A program made the translations under genes and the position numbers. The notes under the pieces were generated by a model. That model was not told the DNA's origin and ran no database searches. It worked only from the letters and a program-made list of their open reading frames with translations. Below, one piece after another: positions 38,396 to 56,335 of a stretch of DNA of 64,000 bases (position 1 is the stretch's first letter; every line of letters begins with the position of its first letter). Origin of the DNA: Utricularia gibba (lineage: Eukaryota > Plantae > Magnoliophyta); contig NEEC01000014.1 of NCBI GenBank assembly GCA_002189035.1, positions 1,240,001 through 1,304,000 of the forward strand, in the 5' to 3' direction.

Positions 38396-40408
38396 TTATG
38401 AATAGAAATGGTATGTCCTAGCGCTCATGATGATTTGCCTTAGACCTCCAATGGGCGCTATGATCATAATCATCACTCCGAGAACGATGCAAATCTGGAG
38501 TTCACCAGCACAACCATCAGCATTTGGAGATCTCAGTAAGTAAAGCGAAAGAGATTGGATTCATGAGCCATGCTTACCCAGTTGATGCACCAAGACAGAC
38601 TGAATCTCCTAGGCTTGTGGATGGCAAGCCACATGATGCAAGGAAGCTGTGTGAAGAAAGTTGAGTGCTTTCAGTTTTACTTGGACACCAGAGAAACAAA
38701 GCTATTGTTTTTTCAAAGTATGTGGTGTGCTTACGAAGTATGTTGTTGGAGCGAATGCAAAACCTCCAAAGAATCCCAGAAGGCCTCCGAAGAAGGGGAA
38801 GGTCATCCCAACGAACATTGTGAATGCTGGTATCAGAGAATACAGAGCCTTAGTGTTGTTTCAGAGATAGTGAAAGAGGCAGAAGTAGGTGAAAGAGGCA
38901 GAAGGCCAACTTACCGACATAAAGGTTCCTTGTGATGAAACGCAGGTACCAAGTTGGCTTGAACTTCAGTTTCTTCACCAGAGCAGACTCTATCATGTCG
39001 AAAACCGGCATGGCGTATATCTGAAATGAGGGGAAAATCCGGTCAGCTTTCTTGGATCCTTTACTGAAAGGGAGACTTTGATTGAGCTCTGCATTACCTG
39101 GTAGCTTCCTATGACATGAACCACCACAAATAAGTTGGCCATGACGATGAGCCAAACTGGTCTCCGTAAGCTGGTCAGAATGTTGTCTTCTACATCATTT
39201 CCGAACACCCAGTAGCCAATGAAGGCCACCGGGAAATAGCACAGAGCCACAACTATGTAAGCAACAATGACTCCCCGCCACATTGGAACCTTAGATGGCT
39301 TCTCCGGCGTAGACGGTATTGTCGCCTGTATCTCCAGAACGACGTTGTGGCCGGCGTATGCGAAGGCAACTTCCCCCAAGGCACTGAAGAAATTGAACAC
39401 TGTCCCTGCTGTTGTTGTCGCTTTGTATCCATACTCCACATTTGGCTGGACTCCCCTTTGCAGTGAAGCCGCCCAAGCAATCGTGGAGTAACTTCAGAGA
39501 TGGGAGACACTTGAGTGAGCTCAGAAATAGCAGCAATACATCAGAAGGAGCAAACTGTGATACTACCTCAACGACATGACGGCGGCGGCCAGGGAGACGC
39601 CGGAGATGGAGTTGAAGTTGGGGAGATGAGAGAGCACGAAGTGCACGGAAGCAAAGATCATGATGAAGTAAGTGAGCTTGATATCTTTACAGTCCCTGCA
39701 GAGCAGATTATGAACTTGCATCAGGGATCTCCCTCCGGTCACCATGTACACGATGTCCACCCCAACTTCGACGATGAGCTGCTGTGGAACGACGATGTAG
39801 AGGCCGAGTTTTTCACCAAAGGCGTACTGCCCCAGTTCGTGATACCGATCAAATCGTCTCCCCGGAACCATTTCGTGCATTTCAACCATCTGCCACAGGG
39901 TGTACAGAGTGATGATCCATGACAGCACCATAACTGTGACTCCAGGTCCCCTGCAGAAGTTCAGCAGAGACATTTAAGCTCCAGGTTCGCACTCCCCATT
40001 TCTCACTAACTGTTCATCTAATCCCTTTTCTTACCATCCCAGCTCAGACATGGCGTACGGGAGACTGAGAACTCCAGCTCCAACCATGGCGGTAACGTTG
40101 TGGAAAGCTGAGTACCACCATTTTGCGTTTCTTGCAGATGTGATTGGAAGCCATGCGTCTATTGCTTTCTGTTCCTCTGTTCGAGTGTCCACTGATCCCT
40201 GTCGGAAACCCGCTCTATGTCAGCCCTTACCAGCACAAAATCACAGAACAGGGAACTCCATAAAGCCCAAGGTGAAGAAGACGGGTCATCGGTAACTTCT
40301 ACAATAACCTTGTTCTCAAGATAGTTCCAGATTTTTTCATTTTGCAGGAAACAGAAGAGCAGAGGAGGGTCTTTTGGAGCTTACATTTTTGTAATCCACA
40401 GTTCCCAT
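38396..40408 (-). CDS. LHT1: Lysine/histidine transporter, LHT1-like
   Basis: Micro-exon MGTVDYKN (40408-40385), then [103 protein letters not shown]...FYS*. Confidence 0.95.
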
Positions 40409-42214
40409 GGCGGCGCCCCGATGAACAAAACAGTGCAAGGTAACGACACAGTACCTCTTCTCTTATATGCTGCTTGCTCCGCTTATCCTTCCTCCCCAGA
40501 AGGTGATTATATGCAGCACAAAAGCGCGTTTCAAGCAGAACTGTCGATAGCAACAGCCAACAAGTACAAGAAATCCAGTAACGTGTATTTGCAGCCAGCC
40601 ACCTTAAAAGCAATGGGAAATGAAACCGAGTTTTTCAAACTCTCTCTAGTCAGTCAGCGGTCTTATTCCTAAAGAGCTCAACAACTCTTTTTTTTATTCA
40701 ATTTCTCGGTATTAAAAAAAAGACATAATTGGAATGGAATATTTTAAGAACTTTTAGATAAATTTAATCAAAAAAACCTTGTAAAAATTCAATCTTAATA
40801 ATATTTTTTTTGAATTTTTTATTTGTAATTAAATGAATTCCACCGACACAAAATAAATTAAAATATTCTTTTGATTAATATTGAATGGCCACAAAATTTT
40901 CGTTTTTTTTTTGGTGTGTGAAGAGTGGCGTGCGTTGAATTTGTCAAGAGAGAAGAAGAAGCAGGTTGCGTAACATAAGATGATGCATTGATTGCTAGTG
41001 CACAATATCAAATTCTCTTAATTAAAACATTATAATATTTAATAATTGTTTTTCTATTTTTGGATTATCCCGTGACTGTGTGTGTATCTGTGTGTGTTTT
41101 TCAACAAAACACGCGGCACTCGGAAAAACGCAAAAAAGGTAATTGAATGAGTGCAAAGGTTTTCCCATTGGTCTATGTTACTTTATTTATCCTTTTTTTT
41201 TTGTTATATTGGATTTAATTTAAACTCATGAATAAATCAGAAAATTGATTCATTTCATTTAATTATTTTTTAAAAAATATTTAAGATATAATTGAAAATT
41301 ATTAAATCTGTTTGAATTTATATAAATTTCATGATCTCAACATAATGAAATATATAAGTGCAAGTGCATAGATTTATTGATTTAACGGGTTCCGATACGA
41401 AAATTTCTTGATCTTAATAATTATTGATTAAAATAATTAAAAATTAAAAAAATCAAATAAAATTAAAAAATCAAGTTATTAAAAATCAAAATTCAAACTA
41501 AATAACATTAAATTATGGATTATCGGTACAGGATGAATTAAACATAGTTTATAATATAAAATTCTTAATTCACTATAAATGAGGGAATTAACTGTACGGA
41601 TAATCAATTTTATAAATGAAGTGCGAAAAGTCAACCAGGCACTCATGTTTGGAAGTCGGCAGGAAATGAGCCGTTAGTTGCGTTTTCCACTTGATGACGT
41701 GGATCATGCACGACACGTATCACTTAGCACTACAGCATTACGCGGCTGCGTAACGTTGACCAACAACTCCAGTCAACGGGGTGGGTTTGACTTTAATTAC
41801 TAAAAAAGACTGCGAGTCATTTATTTATTATTATAAATGGTTTTTAACTTGAAATGATAAAAAAAAATCCCTTAAAAAATGAGTAATAATATTTAGTTGA
41901 TGGGATTATAATAAAAAAACAATTAAATTTATTTAAATTTAGATAAATAAATTCTACTTCTTTATTAGTTTGAAAAAAAATTTCTTAACTTGCGAATTAA
42001 TTATTATTATTGTAATAGAAGAGTTACAGGGGTAAGGTGTCTTTGGAAGTTTTAGAAGGGGAAGTAGCCAAGGGGGGAAAAGTAATTCTTGGAAATTTTG
42101 TGGGGCTTCTTGAAATTTCGGGTATCTCGGAGGGCTGTTAGTTTTAAAAAAAACATTGGAACTGGAAAATTGAAATTCGATCCACCAATGGTTTGCTTCT
42201 AGGCTCCGCCTGCA

Positions 42215-45874
<3,660 letters not shown>

Positions 45875-47808
45875 TCCCGGAACAACAATGCGCGGGCGCC
45901 TTCTCTGAAAAGCACATGGGACTGCTACTTGCGCCTGCAATTTCATTACTCGGAGGCAAGCATTCATTTTTGTCTTGGAGTCACAAAAAAGAAAAAAAAA
46001 AGTTTTATTTCGAATTATTTATTTTTTGTAAATTCATATAAAAAATCATAAATTATTCCAAACCTGAACTTGTGTACATAATTTACCACAGTAGCTGCAA
46101 CATTAATTTATATGTTACAACTTGTTGCTTGTGGGTGGTGACATGATCGACTTTACAATTAAAAACATTAAAATATAAGAAAATGGAAATTATAATGTTA
46201 TTTAATATTATAAAAATAATGTAAATTAATTATCATTATCTCATGTTAGAATTTTGGATTTGATAAATAAAATGAATTTTTGGTTAAATTGTAATAATTC
46301 ATATTTTCTTTATAAGATATTATTCATTATGATTATTTAATTTTTACGATTTTACTTTTAATCTTTTGAAAAAAAAACATTTATGCAAAATTAAAGAATA
46401 TTTTTTATATAAAATTTTCCTCTATTTCATCCATAATGTATATGGAATTCACCTAAGTTACTTACACCTTAGTATTTTTTTTGAAATATTTTATTTTGAA
46501 ATTTTAAAACATTGTCACAATCACAATCCTTATCCGTTCAATTTGGAGCCGTTTTCTGAAAAAGAAAAGGAAAAAATGTCAAATTGCGTGGACAAGTGCA
46601 TGAAAACGAAAAGGGAAATTATCTTATTAAATTTATTTTTGTATTATTATTATTTTTTAAAATTTGATTCTCAATCATTTATAAGGTTGTCGTCCTTAAT
46701 ACATATGGAATGTTGTTTTGTTTGATGATTTTGTATTTATTCAGACATAAAAAAAAATATGAAATAAAAAATGAAATATTATTTAAAAAAAAAAAAAAAA
46801 AAGAAGAAGAAACGTTGTTGGAAAATGTTTGATTCACCGTACTGTGGTGCATGTGCAGAGGAAAAAAATGGGGAGCTTTCTGGAAATAAAATGGATTGTA
46901 AGATGCTTCCAAGTGGAGTTGGAATTTCCACCTTCGGTATGAAACTGAAAGGGGAGGGAGTAAGTAAGAAGAGGTCCAAGGAATTTAATTCAAACCTGAT
47001 AAGATCCTTAAGCCGGTCGTAGATCATTACCCATCATTGTTGATTTCTTGCTTTTTTTTTTCCTCCTTTTCGAGGTGGGGGGCCTTTTCGCTGGGAGACT
47101 AGCGCGAGCGACGCGTAAAAGTGAAATCTTGCTTGATTTCTGGGCCTTACTGCTCGTGTCCGCCATGTATACGTGCGTGTGTAAGGTCGGTTTTTTTAGC
47201 TTCATCTGATGAGGTGTTTCGGGTCTTGTTTACGGATTTTGGTATTTTGATGCTTTTGATGGGTGATGTTCTGTGGAAGAATTTTATGGGATTTTAGATC
47301 GCTCCCAGATCTTTGAAATACGTTAGTGGATTTGTGGGAATCTGTTTTTTCCCTTCCCTCTAGACATGGGAAGTTGCTGTAAGCAAATTCCTATTGAGAG
47401 GGGCCAGGTGCCCTTGTGCTATTGGACGATTTCCTAGCATTTTGCGTTCAATTCGTACAATCGTCATGTGCACGAGGTTGTTCATAAGTGTATGATTTTC
47501 ATTCTAGCACCCTTAATTCTTTCTTGCAAAAGTGTCTTAAGCCTTAAATACTTGCTTAATCAGAAGTAAATTGTTAGGTGTTAACTGCAAAAAGTGCTTG
47601 TCTTTAATGGGAAAAGTTTGTGCCTCTGCAGTACTTCGTGTACTGTATATTACTCCTGTTCTTAATGTGCCGTTTTACTTCTTATTGTGGTATCCAGGAT
47701 CTTTTATTGAGATTTCATGCAGAGGTGCAACAGCAATGAGCCTACATTCGACAGTGTTATCTGTTGTTACGTTCACTTGATGGAACAGTTCTCCATTCCC
47801 AGTTCTCA

Positions 47809-49385
47809 ATGATGATAAAAAATATTCTTAATAAAATCCCTCGGAAGCAAGCCAAGGCGGCAGAGAATCATGATGGAGCATCATTTTCTAAGGCAGAAGC
47901 TACTTTGCGAAGCAGCTCTGTTTCAGCTTCCCAGTCCAGCAGTTGGAGTGGTGGTGCTCCTAATGGGACGTATGGTGTAAATGGGGTCATGCAACAGCCT
48001 CTTGATGCCAAGGCAGATGGGATCCCACGGCCTATGCCATATCAGGCCCTTCCAAGTTTCAATGATGTACCGAATTCCGAGAAGCAAAACTTATTTCTCA
48101 GAAAGTTGAGCATGTGTTGTGTGGTATTTGATTTCACTGATCCCTCTAAGAATTCCAAAGAGAAAGACATTAAGCGGCAGACATTGTGGAAGTGGTTGAC
48201 TATGTTGCCTCCCCAAATGGTAAATTCAGTGAGATTGAGATGCAAGAGGTCATAAGAATGGTATCTGTAAATTTGTTCAGGGCATTGATCACGCAGCCCC
48301 GTGAGAATAAAGTCTTGCAAGGTTTTGATATGGAAGAAGAGGAGCCACTGATAGATCCCTCCTGGCCCCATCTGCATATTGTCTATGAATGCCTTCTAAA
48401 GTTTGTGATTTCTCCTGAGACAGATGCAAAGTTGGCAAAGCGCTACATTGATCATTCCTTCATTATCAAGTTCTTGGATCTTTTTGATTCAGAAGACCCT
48501 AGAGAAAGGGAGTATTTAAAAACTATCCTACACCGGATATATGGAAAGTTCATGGTTCATCGTCCATTCATCAGAAAAGCGGTGAACAATATTTTCTACC
48601 GGTTTATTTTCGAAACTGAAAAACACAGTGGGATTGCAGAGCTTCTGGAAATCTTGGGAAGCATTATAAATGGATTTGCTCTTCCCTTGAAGGAAGAGCA
48701 CAAGCTTTTTCTTGTGCGTGCCCTCATCCCCCTGCACAAACCCAAGTGCCTGTCATTGTACCATCAGCAGCTAACTTATTGCATCACCCAATTTGTTGAG
48801 AAAGACTGCAAGCTTGCTGATACTGTCATAAGGGGGTTACTGAAGTATTGGCCGGTTACAAGCAGTACCAAGGAAGTTATGTTCATAGGTGAGATTGAGG
48901 AAGTGCTTGAATCTACTCAGCTGCCTGAGTTCCAGCGCTGTATGGTTCCTTTATTTCGTCAGATTTCTAGATGTCTCCGCAGTTCACATTTTCAGGTTTC
49001 ATTAGCATTTAGCTACTTTATGGTTTTCCTCAATCAGCACCTCTGTAGATACTCATGTTAGTTCATATTACAGGTGGCTGAGAGGGCTCTTCTTTTATGG
49101 AACAATGATCATGTTGTGAGCCTCATCAAACAAAACCGTAAAGCTATACTGCCAATCATCTTCCATTCATTAGAGAAAAATGCTGGAAGTCATTGGAATC
49201 AAGCAGTCCAAAGTTTAACACTTAATGTTCGTAAGATCTTCTCTGATGCTGATCCACAGCTGTTTGGTGACTGCTTGCATAAATTCCAACAAGATGAGGC
49301 ACATGAACATGAGACCAGGACGAAGCGTGAGGCAACGTGGAGACGCCTGGAGGAAATGGCCACTGTTACGGCCTCGAATTTCTGA
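47809..49385 (+). CDS. Protein phosphatase 2A regulatory subunit B' (B56), 2 coding exons; apparent 1-nt deletion at 48186
   Basis: [101 protein letters not shown]. Confidence 0.95.
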
Positions 49386-50167
49386 TGGAGGAATGAAGCC
49401 TTACCAGGTTGTTGCAGCTCTAGAGTGAACTATCATCTTTAGCTTGGAGGTGGATCAGTAGGAACTCATATGTATCTTGGCGATTTGCCTTCATGAACTC
49501 CTCCATAGAGCTGGAGGATTCTCCAACCTCTTTCTGATGCATTAACATGCTTCAAGAAGTGGTGAACTGTGAAGTTTGCTAATTCCTGGATCCGGGAATT
49601 GATGAATCTATTCAATCCACCTTGTTTCTTTTTTTCTTTCTTTTTTCTTTTCTCTTTTGTTCTGAAGTGCACTGAACGATCAAGATCCCCTTTTTTTTAT
49701 TTGCTGTTTCATCTCATTTGCTCGTCTTTATAGTCATGTAGCAAAATTGCTTACTGTATGTATGTTACTTTGTTCCTTTGATCTCATCTCTGTGTGGCTG
49801 TGCTCTTGTTATAAGATGCATTCATGTGGAATGGATTTGCACCAAGATTTGTTTTAGTGATATTATATGGAACGTTGAAATAAGTGGTATTTCACTTTTG
49901 ACTAAAAGCATAGTTAATTACAGAAAAGGTGCTTTCTTCACTCTGGATCCTCATAGGATATTGATTTTATTGAGGTAAGAATACAAAAGAGACCTTCCAT
50001 CCTTGTGATCTGTCTGTCTACAAATATGCTACCTAAATTGCAAGCATCACGCATATCAGGGAGTCCCTAAGGGCAAAAGGTAATGAAAGAAGTCAATGTA
50101 GCATTTTTTGTCAATGAGCACAGCTTTTCTGTGCAGTGATTCTGCTCTTCCTGAGTTGCTTTCTCAT

Positions 50168-51576
50168 TTAGGCTTTAAGCTCTTCTAGCCACCCGTGTAG
50201 CTCTATGATCAGAGGCCCCCCTTTCTCGGAAAGCTTCCAAGAATTCTTCCCTTTGCAGTCTGAACGCCAATGCAGCGTCCTCATCTTGATCAGGTAACTC
50301 TGTTCTTACTCTACTCCTCACAGCTGCAGTAGTTTGCCTTCTGATGCGACGATGGAGTCTTCTCTCTTCACCACTGCTTTCCTGTCCTGGACTACTTAAG
50401 CTTGCAATGAATCTGCTGCGTGTAACTCTTGGGGAGATGGAGCTTTTTCATTTGCGTCGGAGGCCAGAGTGCTTGCTTTTCTAGCTTCAACTTCTTGAGG
50501 AAACAGCAACTGAATGGTGTTCCATAGAACAGTGTTCACCGTGCAGTATCTCCCATTGCTAACAAGTTCAATGGAAAGTCAGATTCTCAGCTATAATAAG
50601 CATGGGTGCACGCATCTGTCTTGTATACCTGATAAGATTTCTGCACTTGGGGCATTTTTTCCCACATTTATCAGCAGCAGAGTGCAGGCATTTTCTGCAG
50701 AAACTGGAGAAGAATCACAGGAGCAAAACTGATTCACAAGCATGCTTGAGATCTTCCAAACTGTATAGCTTCAACTAAACTTCTACCTGTGCCCACATGG
50801 AGTCGTGCTCGGCTCGTAACAAATCTCCAAACAAATCTGCCAAACAATACAGCATCAGACACTCTGCAGTTGACATCTGGGATAAAAGAAGATGAAAGGT
50901 TTGGAAATGCAGTTCCTACAGCACAAGAGAGCTCCTCCCTCAGCCTATCTATGCATGGAATTGCAGGAGCATCAACCCTTTTGTTGAGATTCACTTCAAC
51001 GTCCCCTCCCTTCCCCGGCAAATTCTTCGTTTCTCCTATGGAACCGGTCTTCTCATTTCTATCCTCAAGCTCTGTTATACCATGAGATCAGATGAGATAC
51101 ATAATCATGGCGACAACAGGCATCATGCTTACTGTACCTTGCTTCGGTTCCGGTTTATCTTCATCTAGATGGATAACTGATACGGATATGGGGACCGAGC
51201 TTCTTCCCTGAGCCCTACGCTTCCTGCAATGAGACGGCCTAGAAATCTCAATCGCCGAATCCGTTTCATAGTATCAGAGACAAATCAATTCACCAACCGA
51301 ATGAAGAACGATTGTAATCGAACCTTCTCGAATCTGAGGGCGGAGTTCTCTGGCCATGCGTATCGGATCTCTTCTTGCTCTTTAGCAATCGTTCGGGGTA
51401 TCCTCGACGACGAACGCCGCAACCATAAGCGCCTCTTCGTCCCACCCCGCCATTGCAGCAACCGATCGAAACCTCGGACTGAACAAAAATTCATCTCTTC
51501 CCACATTTTTCGGCGTATTCGGTTCTTTTCCAGACTTGTTCCCCGGTGCTTCACTCGCATCTCCCGATTTCGTCAT
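50168..51576 (-). CDS. C3HC4 RING-finger E3 ligase; two apparent 1-nt deletions (51394-51398, 50431-50434)
   Basis: SPRFRSVAAMAGWDEEAL...VEDTP; [36 protein letters not shown]...CPKCR; CTVNTVLWNTIQLLFP; QDEDAALAFRLQREEF. The exact stop (50168 or 50175) is uncertain. Confidence 0.88.
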
Positions 51577-52039
51577 CGAAGAATTTCAAGGTTCGGAAGG
51601 GACGAGAATTGCAGGGACCAACGGTCGAATTCCAGTTTCTGGTATTTTGAATGTTCGTGCTCCCAACGGCTAGTTGGAGTTCGTTTATTTAAACCTTTCA
51701 TTTTTTTTCATCGGATTTTTTAATATATATATTTGTTATCAAGCAGCAAGACGAAGGCCACCACACCAGCAGAAGCCTAAACCACACAAGATTCATAATT
51801 CCTTTAAACTTGCAGCTCCAAGTTGGAAACAATAGTTCTTCACTACAGAATCCGATGTTCCGATCGTTCACCGGAGCTCGTAAACTCTCGAATCAAGACG
51901 ATCTCAGATGGAAGTTAAAGAGATTCAATCTAGAAAAGAGAATACCATTATTAGGATTGGATGCAGGAGCCAGGAAGATGGTTTGGAAGAGGAGGAGAGT
52001 GGCAGATGCCCGCAGTTTATTATCAATCTCCACCTCCCA

Positions 52040-53232
52040 TTATGTTGTAAGCTCGAGTTTCTTGATGTTGGCGATGTGCAGTCCAGGATTCAGGCCCTTG
52101 GGACAAGCGCTAGCACAATTCAAGATGGTGTGGCATCGGTACAGCTTGAATTCATCGTTCACAGCATCCAGACGCTCCCTTCTGTACTCATCGCGGCTAT
52201 CCATTATCCATCTGCAACATTGAAAGTGATGAGGAAGTAGCATGTCAACAACAACTCAAAGGGTTTATGCAACCAAGCTCTCTGTTCGTGGAACACAAAA
52301 AAGGACAGAGTGAGTTAACATTACATGCATCTCAACAGAATGAACTCAGCAGATGTTTTACCTTCAGAAGAAACAGCATAAGAATGATTTCCTAAGCATT
52401 TCATGTGTCGCTTGAAGTGTATATAAGAAGCAGAAAGACTTAGTTTCACATTTTTCAATCTAACAACGAAGTAGTGACATCATAGAGACAATGCGAATTC
52501 CCGTTTAAGTTGCAACAATCCACAGGTACAAAGCACAGAAAAAGTGGAGGGATTTGGGGAATGATACCTATTCGCATGAAGAAGAGCAGCTGGGCCTAGG
52601 TAAGATTCAGGATTCCACCAGTAACTAGGGCAAGAAGTGCTACAACAAGAGCACAAAATGCACTCATACATTCCATCAAGCTTCTTCCGATCCTCCTTAC
52701 TCTGTCGATTCTCCTTCCCCGGCTCCTCTGGAGGACTCTTCCTCTTCAACCACGGCTCAATTGACTTGTACTGGTTATAAAAATTAGTCATATCCACGAC
52801 CAGGTCCTTGATCACGTACATATGGGGAAGAGGAGAAATCATAGACGTCCCGCCGGAGGATATTTTCGTTAAACACGCTAATCCATTACTGCCGTCAATG
52901 TTCATCGCACAGGAGCCGCAGATTCCCTCTCGACATGACCGACGGAAGGTCAAAGTTGGATCGATCTCGTTCTTTATTTTGATCAGAGCATCGAGAATCA
53001 TCGGACCACAGTCCTTGAGATCAATCTCATAACTCTGTAGCTCCGGCTTATGAGGCGAATCCGGATTCCATCGGTAGATCTGGAAAACCTTGGGCGACGC
53101 CGCGGCCTTCGCCTTGGGCTCCACTTGCTGCGCCGCTGCTTCAGAAGCATGTGGCCTTGAAATAACTGCCCTCGCCGCTGGTAGCAACGACGGAGACCTG
53201 GAAATCGCTCGCCGGAGTATTCCAGACGCCAT
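52040..53232 (-). CDS. SDH2: Succinate dehydrogenase iron-sulfur subunit, mitochondrial, 2 exons
   Basis: [78 protein letters not shown]. Confidence 0.97.
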
Positions 53233-53292
53233 TTTTCTTCAGTAGAGAGAACGCCGACGCCTATCTAAAACACTTCCATTCTTTCAATAATA

Positions 53293-54050
53293 TTATATAT
53301 AATTTTTATTTATATGTTTATGATTATATAGAAATGGCCGGTCGAACCCACGGCGGAGGGGTTGAACCGGTTCACTTCCTCCGGCGGGAAGAAGGCGGAG
53401 GTGCCGGCTAAGCCCATGCTTCCTCAACATTCCGATGCATCCTTTCATCAGGGGATTCTTAATGGAGGTAATCCCATGTAAAGAGATCCATGTTCTGTGA
53501 AGATCATCGAAATGCAGTCTGCATCAACCACCCAACAACTCAATTTACAGAAGCACCTCCTCGCCCCATAGTTTCCTATGCCTTCTGCAGACATGATGCC
53601 GACAGGGAGGCGGCCAGAGATGGCCTAAACAGCAACCGGTGCTGACATATCACCATCTGTGTGAAGGTCTCCATCATCCCCATTCAAGGTTAGATCTAAA
53701 TTCAAAGCACTAGCACTAGTAAACTCATTCACGGGCATAAGCTTTGCAAAGGGTTCTCCCATTGGTAAAAAGGGCAACAAGAATCCTTGCTGCAAGTACC
53801 TTTTCATCTGCAATGGATCCAGTTCTACTGTCTGCAACTGGGCTGTATATTCTCAAATATTCAGCAGAAAGAGTGTAATCACAGACATCAATCTCCATCT
53901 TAACGTAGCATGTTCAAAGCCTCATTCAGCACATTATGGTAATCAATAAACGAGGAAGCAGATATCTACGGTGTGTTTGGTTGACAACGAGAATTCAGAT
54001 GAACCCAGGTTGGTGAACGCACATTCCAAACTCTCATCAATGAAGCTCAT
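53293..54050 (-). pseudogene. Decayed GBBH-like_N/DUF971-family gene (At3g27340-like), 4 exon remnants
   Basis: Exon 53898-53800 MEIDVCDYTLSAEYLRIYSPVADSRTGSIADEK; exon 53624-53557 AISGRLPVGIMSAEGIGNYGAR; exon from 53518 LHFDDLHRT...LRKHGLSR. These match recalled family motifs (SEFLRVHSPA, SGRRxVGIMSAEPVGNYG, FDDLHxTGIYxWDY, KHxLSR). TWDYLH survives only in a shifted frame ending in TAA, and intron 3 is only 38 nt. Exon 1 (54050-53970) is tentative. Confidence 0.75.
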
Positions 54051-54737
54051 TTCAAACCTAAAACGTAAAACTGCCCAAGGAAAGGTTGAAATGGAAGACA
54101 TCGCAACCGAAATGGGGAGAAAGATTCCGGAGGCAGTCGACGGAATTTTCCAGACACGGGTTCTGAGCGGCAAACCTGAAAACCCAAAATCCTCGCTCCA
54201 CGTTCCACAGTCCTCATCAGTCATCTCATTGTCGGCTCGTCCGATCGATGAAACCTAGTAAATCATTTTTTCTGTTGTTTAGTGGTAATGAATGAAAAAA
54301 AAAAGGAAGTTATCGTAGGTGGCTGACCAGACCGGCGTAATAAAGAATCCGTCACCTGTTCGCTGATCAACTCCCACCCAAAATACCGACTCCGCAGACG
54401 GCGACGCCACTTCAATTCCTCAACGGCCTCACTGATTGATGCGGACCCTATCTTCTTTATGACCCCAGATTTACTCTTAAGTACGGGGGAAGAACAAAAA
54501 CCAAATACTGTGCATTCAACCGTAGAGTTTTTGCGATTTCGAGTTTGATGTAAATCAGTAAAACTGTAAAAAAACATCAAATTTACTTGATGCATCGATT
54601 TTTGAGTCGGAAAAATACGGTAATGGCTACTGGCTGGGCTGGGCGCCTGGGTTCTGGTATGCATTTATTAATAGGCAAAGTGTGAGCTGCTAAAATTGTG
54701 CTGCGAAGTGGAGAAGGAAACTGGGTCTCCTTCACGA

Positions 54738-55891
54738 ATGGCGGAATGCGTCTTGGAGCAGCTGAAATCTTATCCCACATGGCTTCTCCTCCTCGCCATC
54801 CTTGGTTCCTTCTCCATCCTTAAGCATTCTCTCACTCTTCTCAAATGGATTTACATCACTTTCCTCCGCCCTGGGAAAAATCTCAAAAAATACGGATCTT
54901 GGGCGGTGGTCACCGGCCCTACAGATGGCATCGGAAAGGGCTTCGCCTTTCAGCTGGCGAAAAAGGGTCTCAATTTGGTTCTAGTCGGCGGAGCCCGGAA
55001 AAGCTAAAGGATGTTTCCGATTCGATTAAGTCCAAAAACGGATCGACCCAGATCAAGACCGTGGTGGTAGATTTTTCCGGCGATTTGGACGACGGCGTTT
55101 CGAGAATCAAGGAATCAATTGATGGGCTAGATGTTGGGGTTTTGATTAACAACGTCGGGATGTCGTATCCTTATGCCAGATTCCTGCATGAGGTGGACGA
55201 TAAGCTGCTCAACGATCTAATCAAGATTAACATTGAGGGCACAACCAAAGTTACGGCGGCGGTTTTACCTGGAATGGTGAACAGGAAAAAGGGGGCAATC
55301 GTGAATATCGGGTCTGGCGCAGCAACAATTCTCCCCTCAGATCCCCTTTATGCCGTCTACGCTGCAACCAAAGCGTGAGTAACATTGGGTCATCTTTTTA
55401 TCGTGCTCCGGTGCTTATCTCCAGGAAAAAAAAAAGTATTTCTTTGTTGCTAGCAATCAGATTCGGATTTGCTGTTGTGCTTCAGGTACTTGGATCAGTT
55501 CTCCAGATGCCTCTACGTTGAGTACAAGAAGAGTGGGATTGATGTGCAGTGCCAGGTTCCTTCTACAATAGAACTGAAGCTCTTGAAAGAGAGGGCTTTT
55601 GAGGTCTAACACTTGGTTGATTTGCACCATGTGCAGGTTCCATTATATGTTGCAACGAAGATGGCTTCGATCAGACGCTCCTCCTTGCTGGTTCCATCGC
55701 CCGATGGCTATGCGCGCGCAGCCCTGCGATGGATTGGATACGAGCCTCGCTGCACGCCTTACTGGCCGCATTCGATTGTGTGGGTGCTGTTCAATTCCCT
55801 GCCAGCATCAGCCGTCGATGCTTGGCGCCTGAGCTACAATCTGGCAATAAGGAAAAAGGGGCAACTCAAGGATGCCAGGAAGAAGGAATGA
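54738..55891 (+). CDS. KCR1: Very-long-chain 3-oxoacyl-CoA reductase (SDR family), 3 exons; apparent 1-nt deletion at 54987-54988
   Basis: [25 protein letters not shown] (Rossmann motif), [25 protein letters not shown] (YxxxK), [32 protein letters not shown] (ER retention). Confidence 0.95.
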
Positions 55892-56335
55892 AAATTCTCC
55901 ATTTCAGTGTGGCTGCTCTACTTTTCAAGTCTGTTTGCTACAGTTCATGTTAGATGATGGCTTCTTTACTTGGTTCTTGCTTTCTAAGGTGAAGAACTTG
56001 TTTGTTGTTCACCTGAAATATTCAGTTTAGAGACTTCTTGTTCGCAGAACACAGAGTTCCATTAATGAAAAAGAGTAAGCTTTGGAACTAAACACTACAA
56101 AAAACCCCTCAGAACAGATTAGAAAGATGATCGACATAACCAACAGACTGATGATGCCTTCATTTGTTTGCAGAAAAGAAATACACCAACTGACGTAAAG
56201 AACAGAATGTAAGCCCACAAAGCGACGGCCTTTGGTCACTTTCTGATACAAATTTACAACTGGTTACACCTCACACTGAACCTGCCGAGATATGAACTGA
56301 TCCTTGTCCTCCAAATCCAAAACGGGGCCAAATCA

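Noticed and set aside
41671-41677. MSA-like AACGG motifs near AUG6 (and at 32062 near TPLATE)
   Set aside because: Short, partial matches expected by chance, without the usual proximal clustering.
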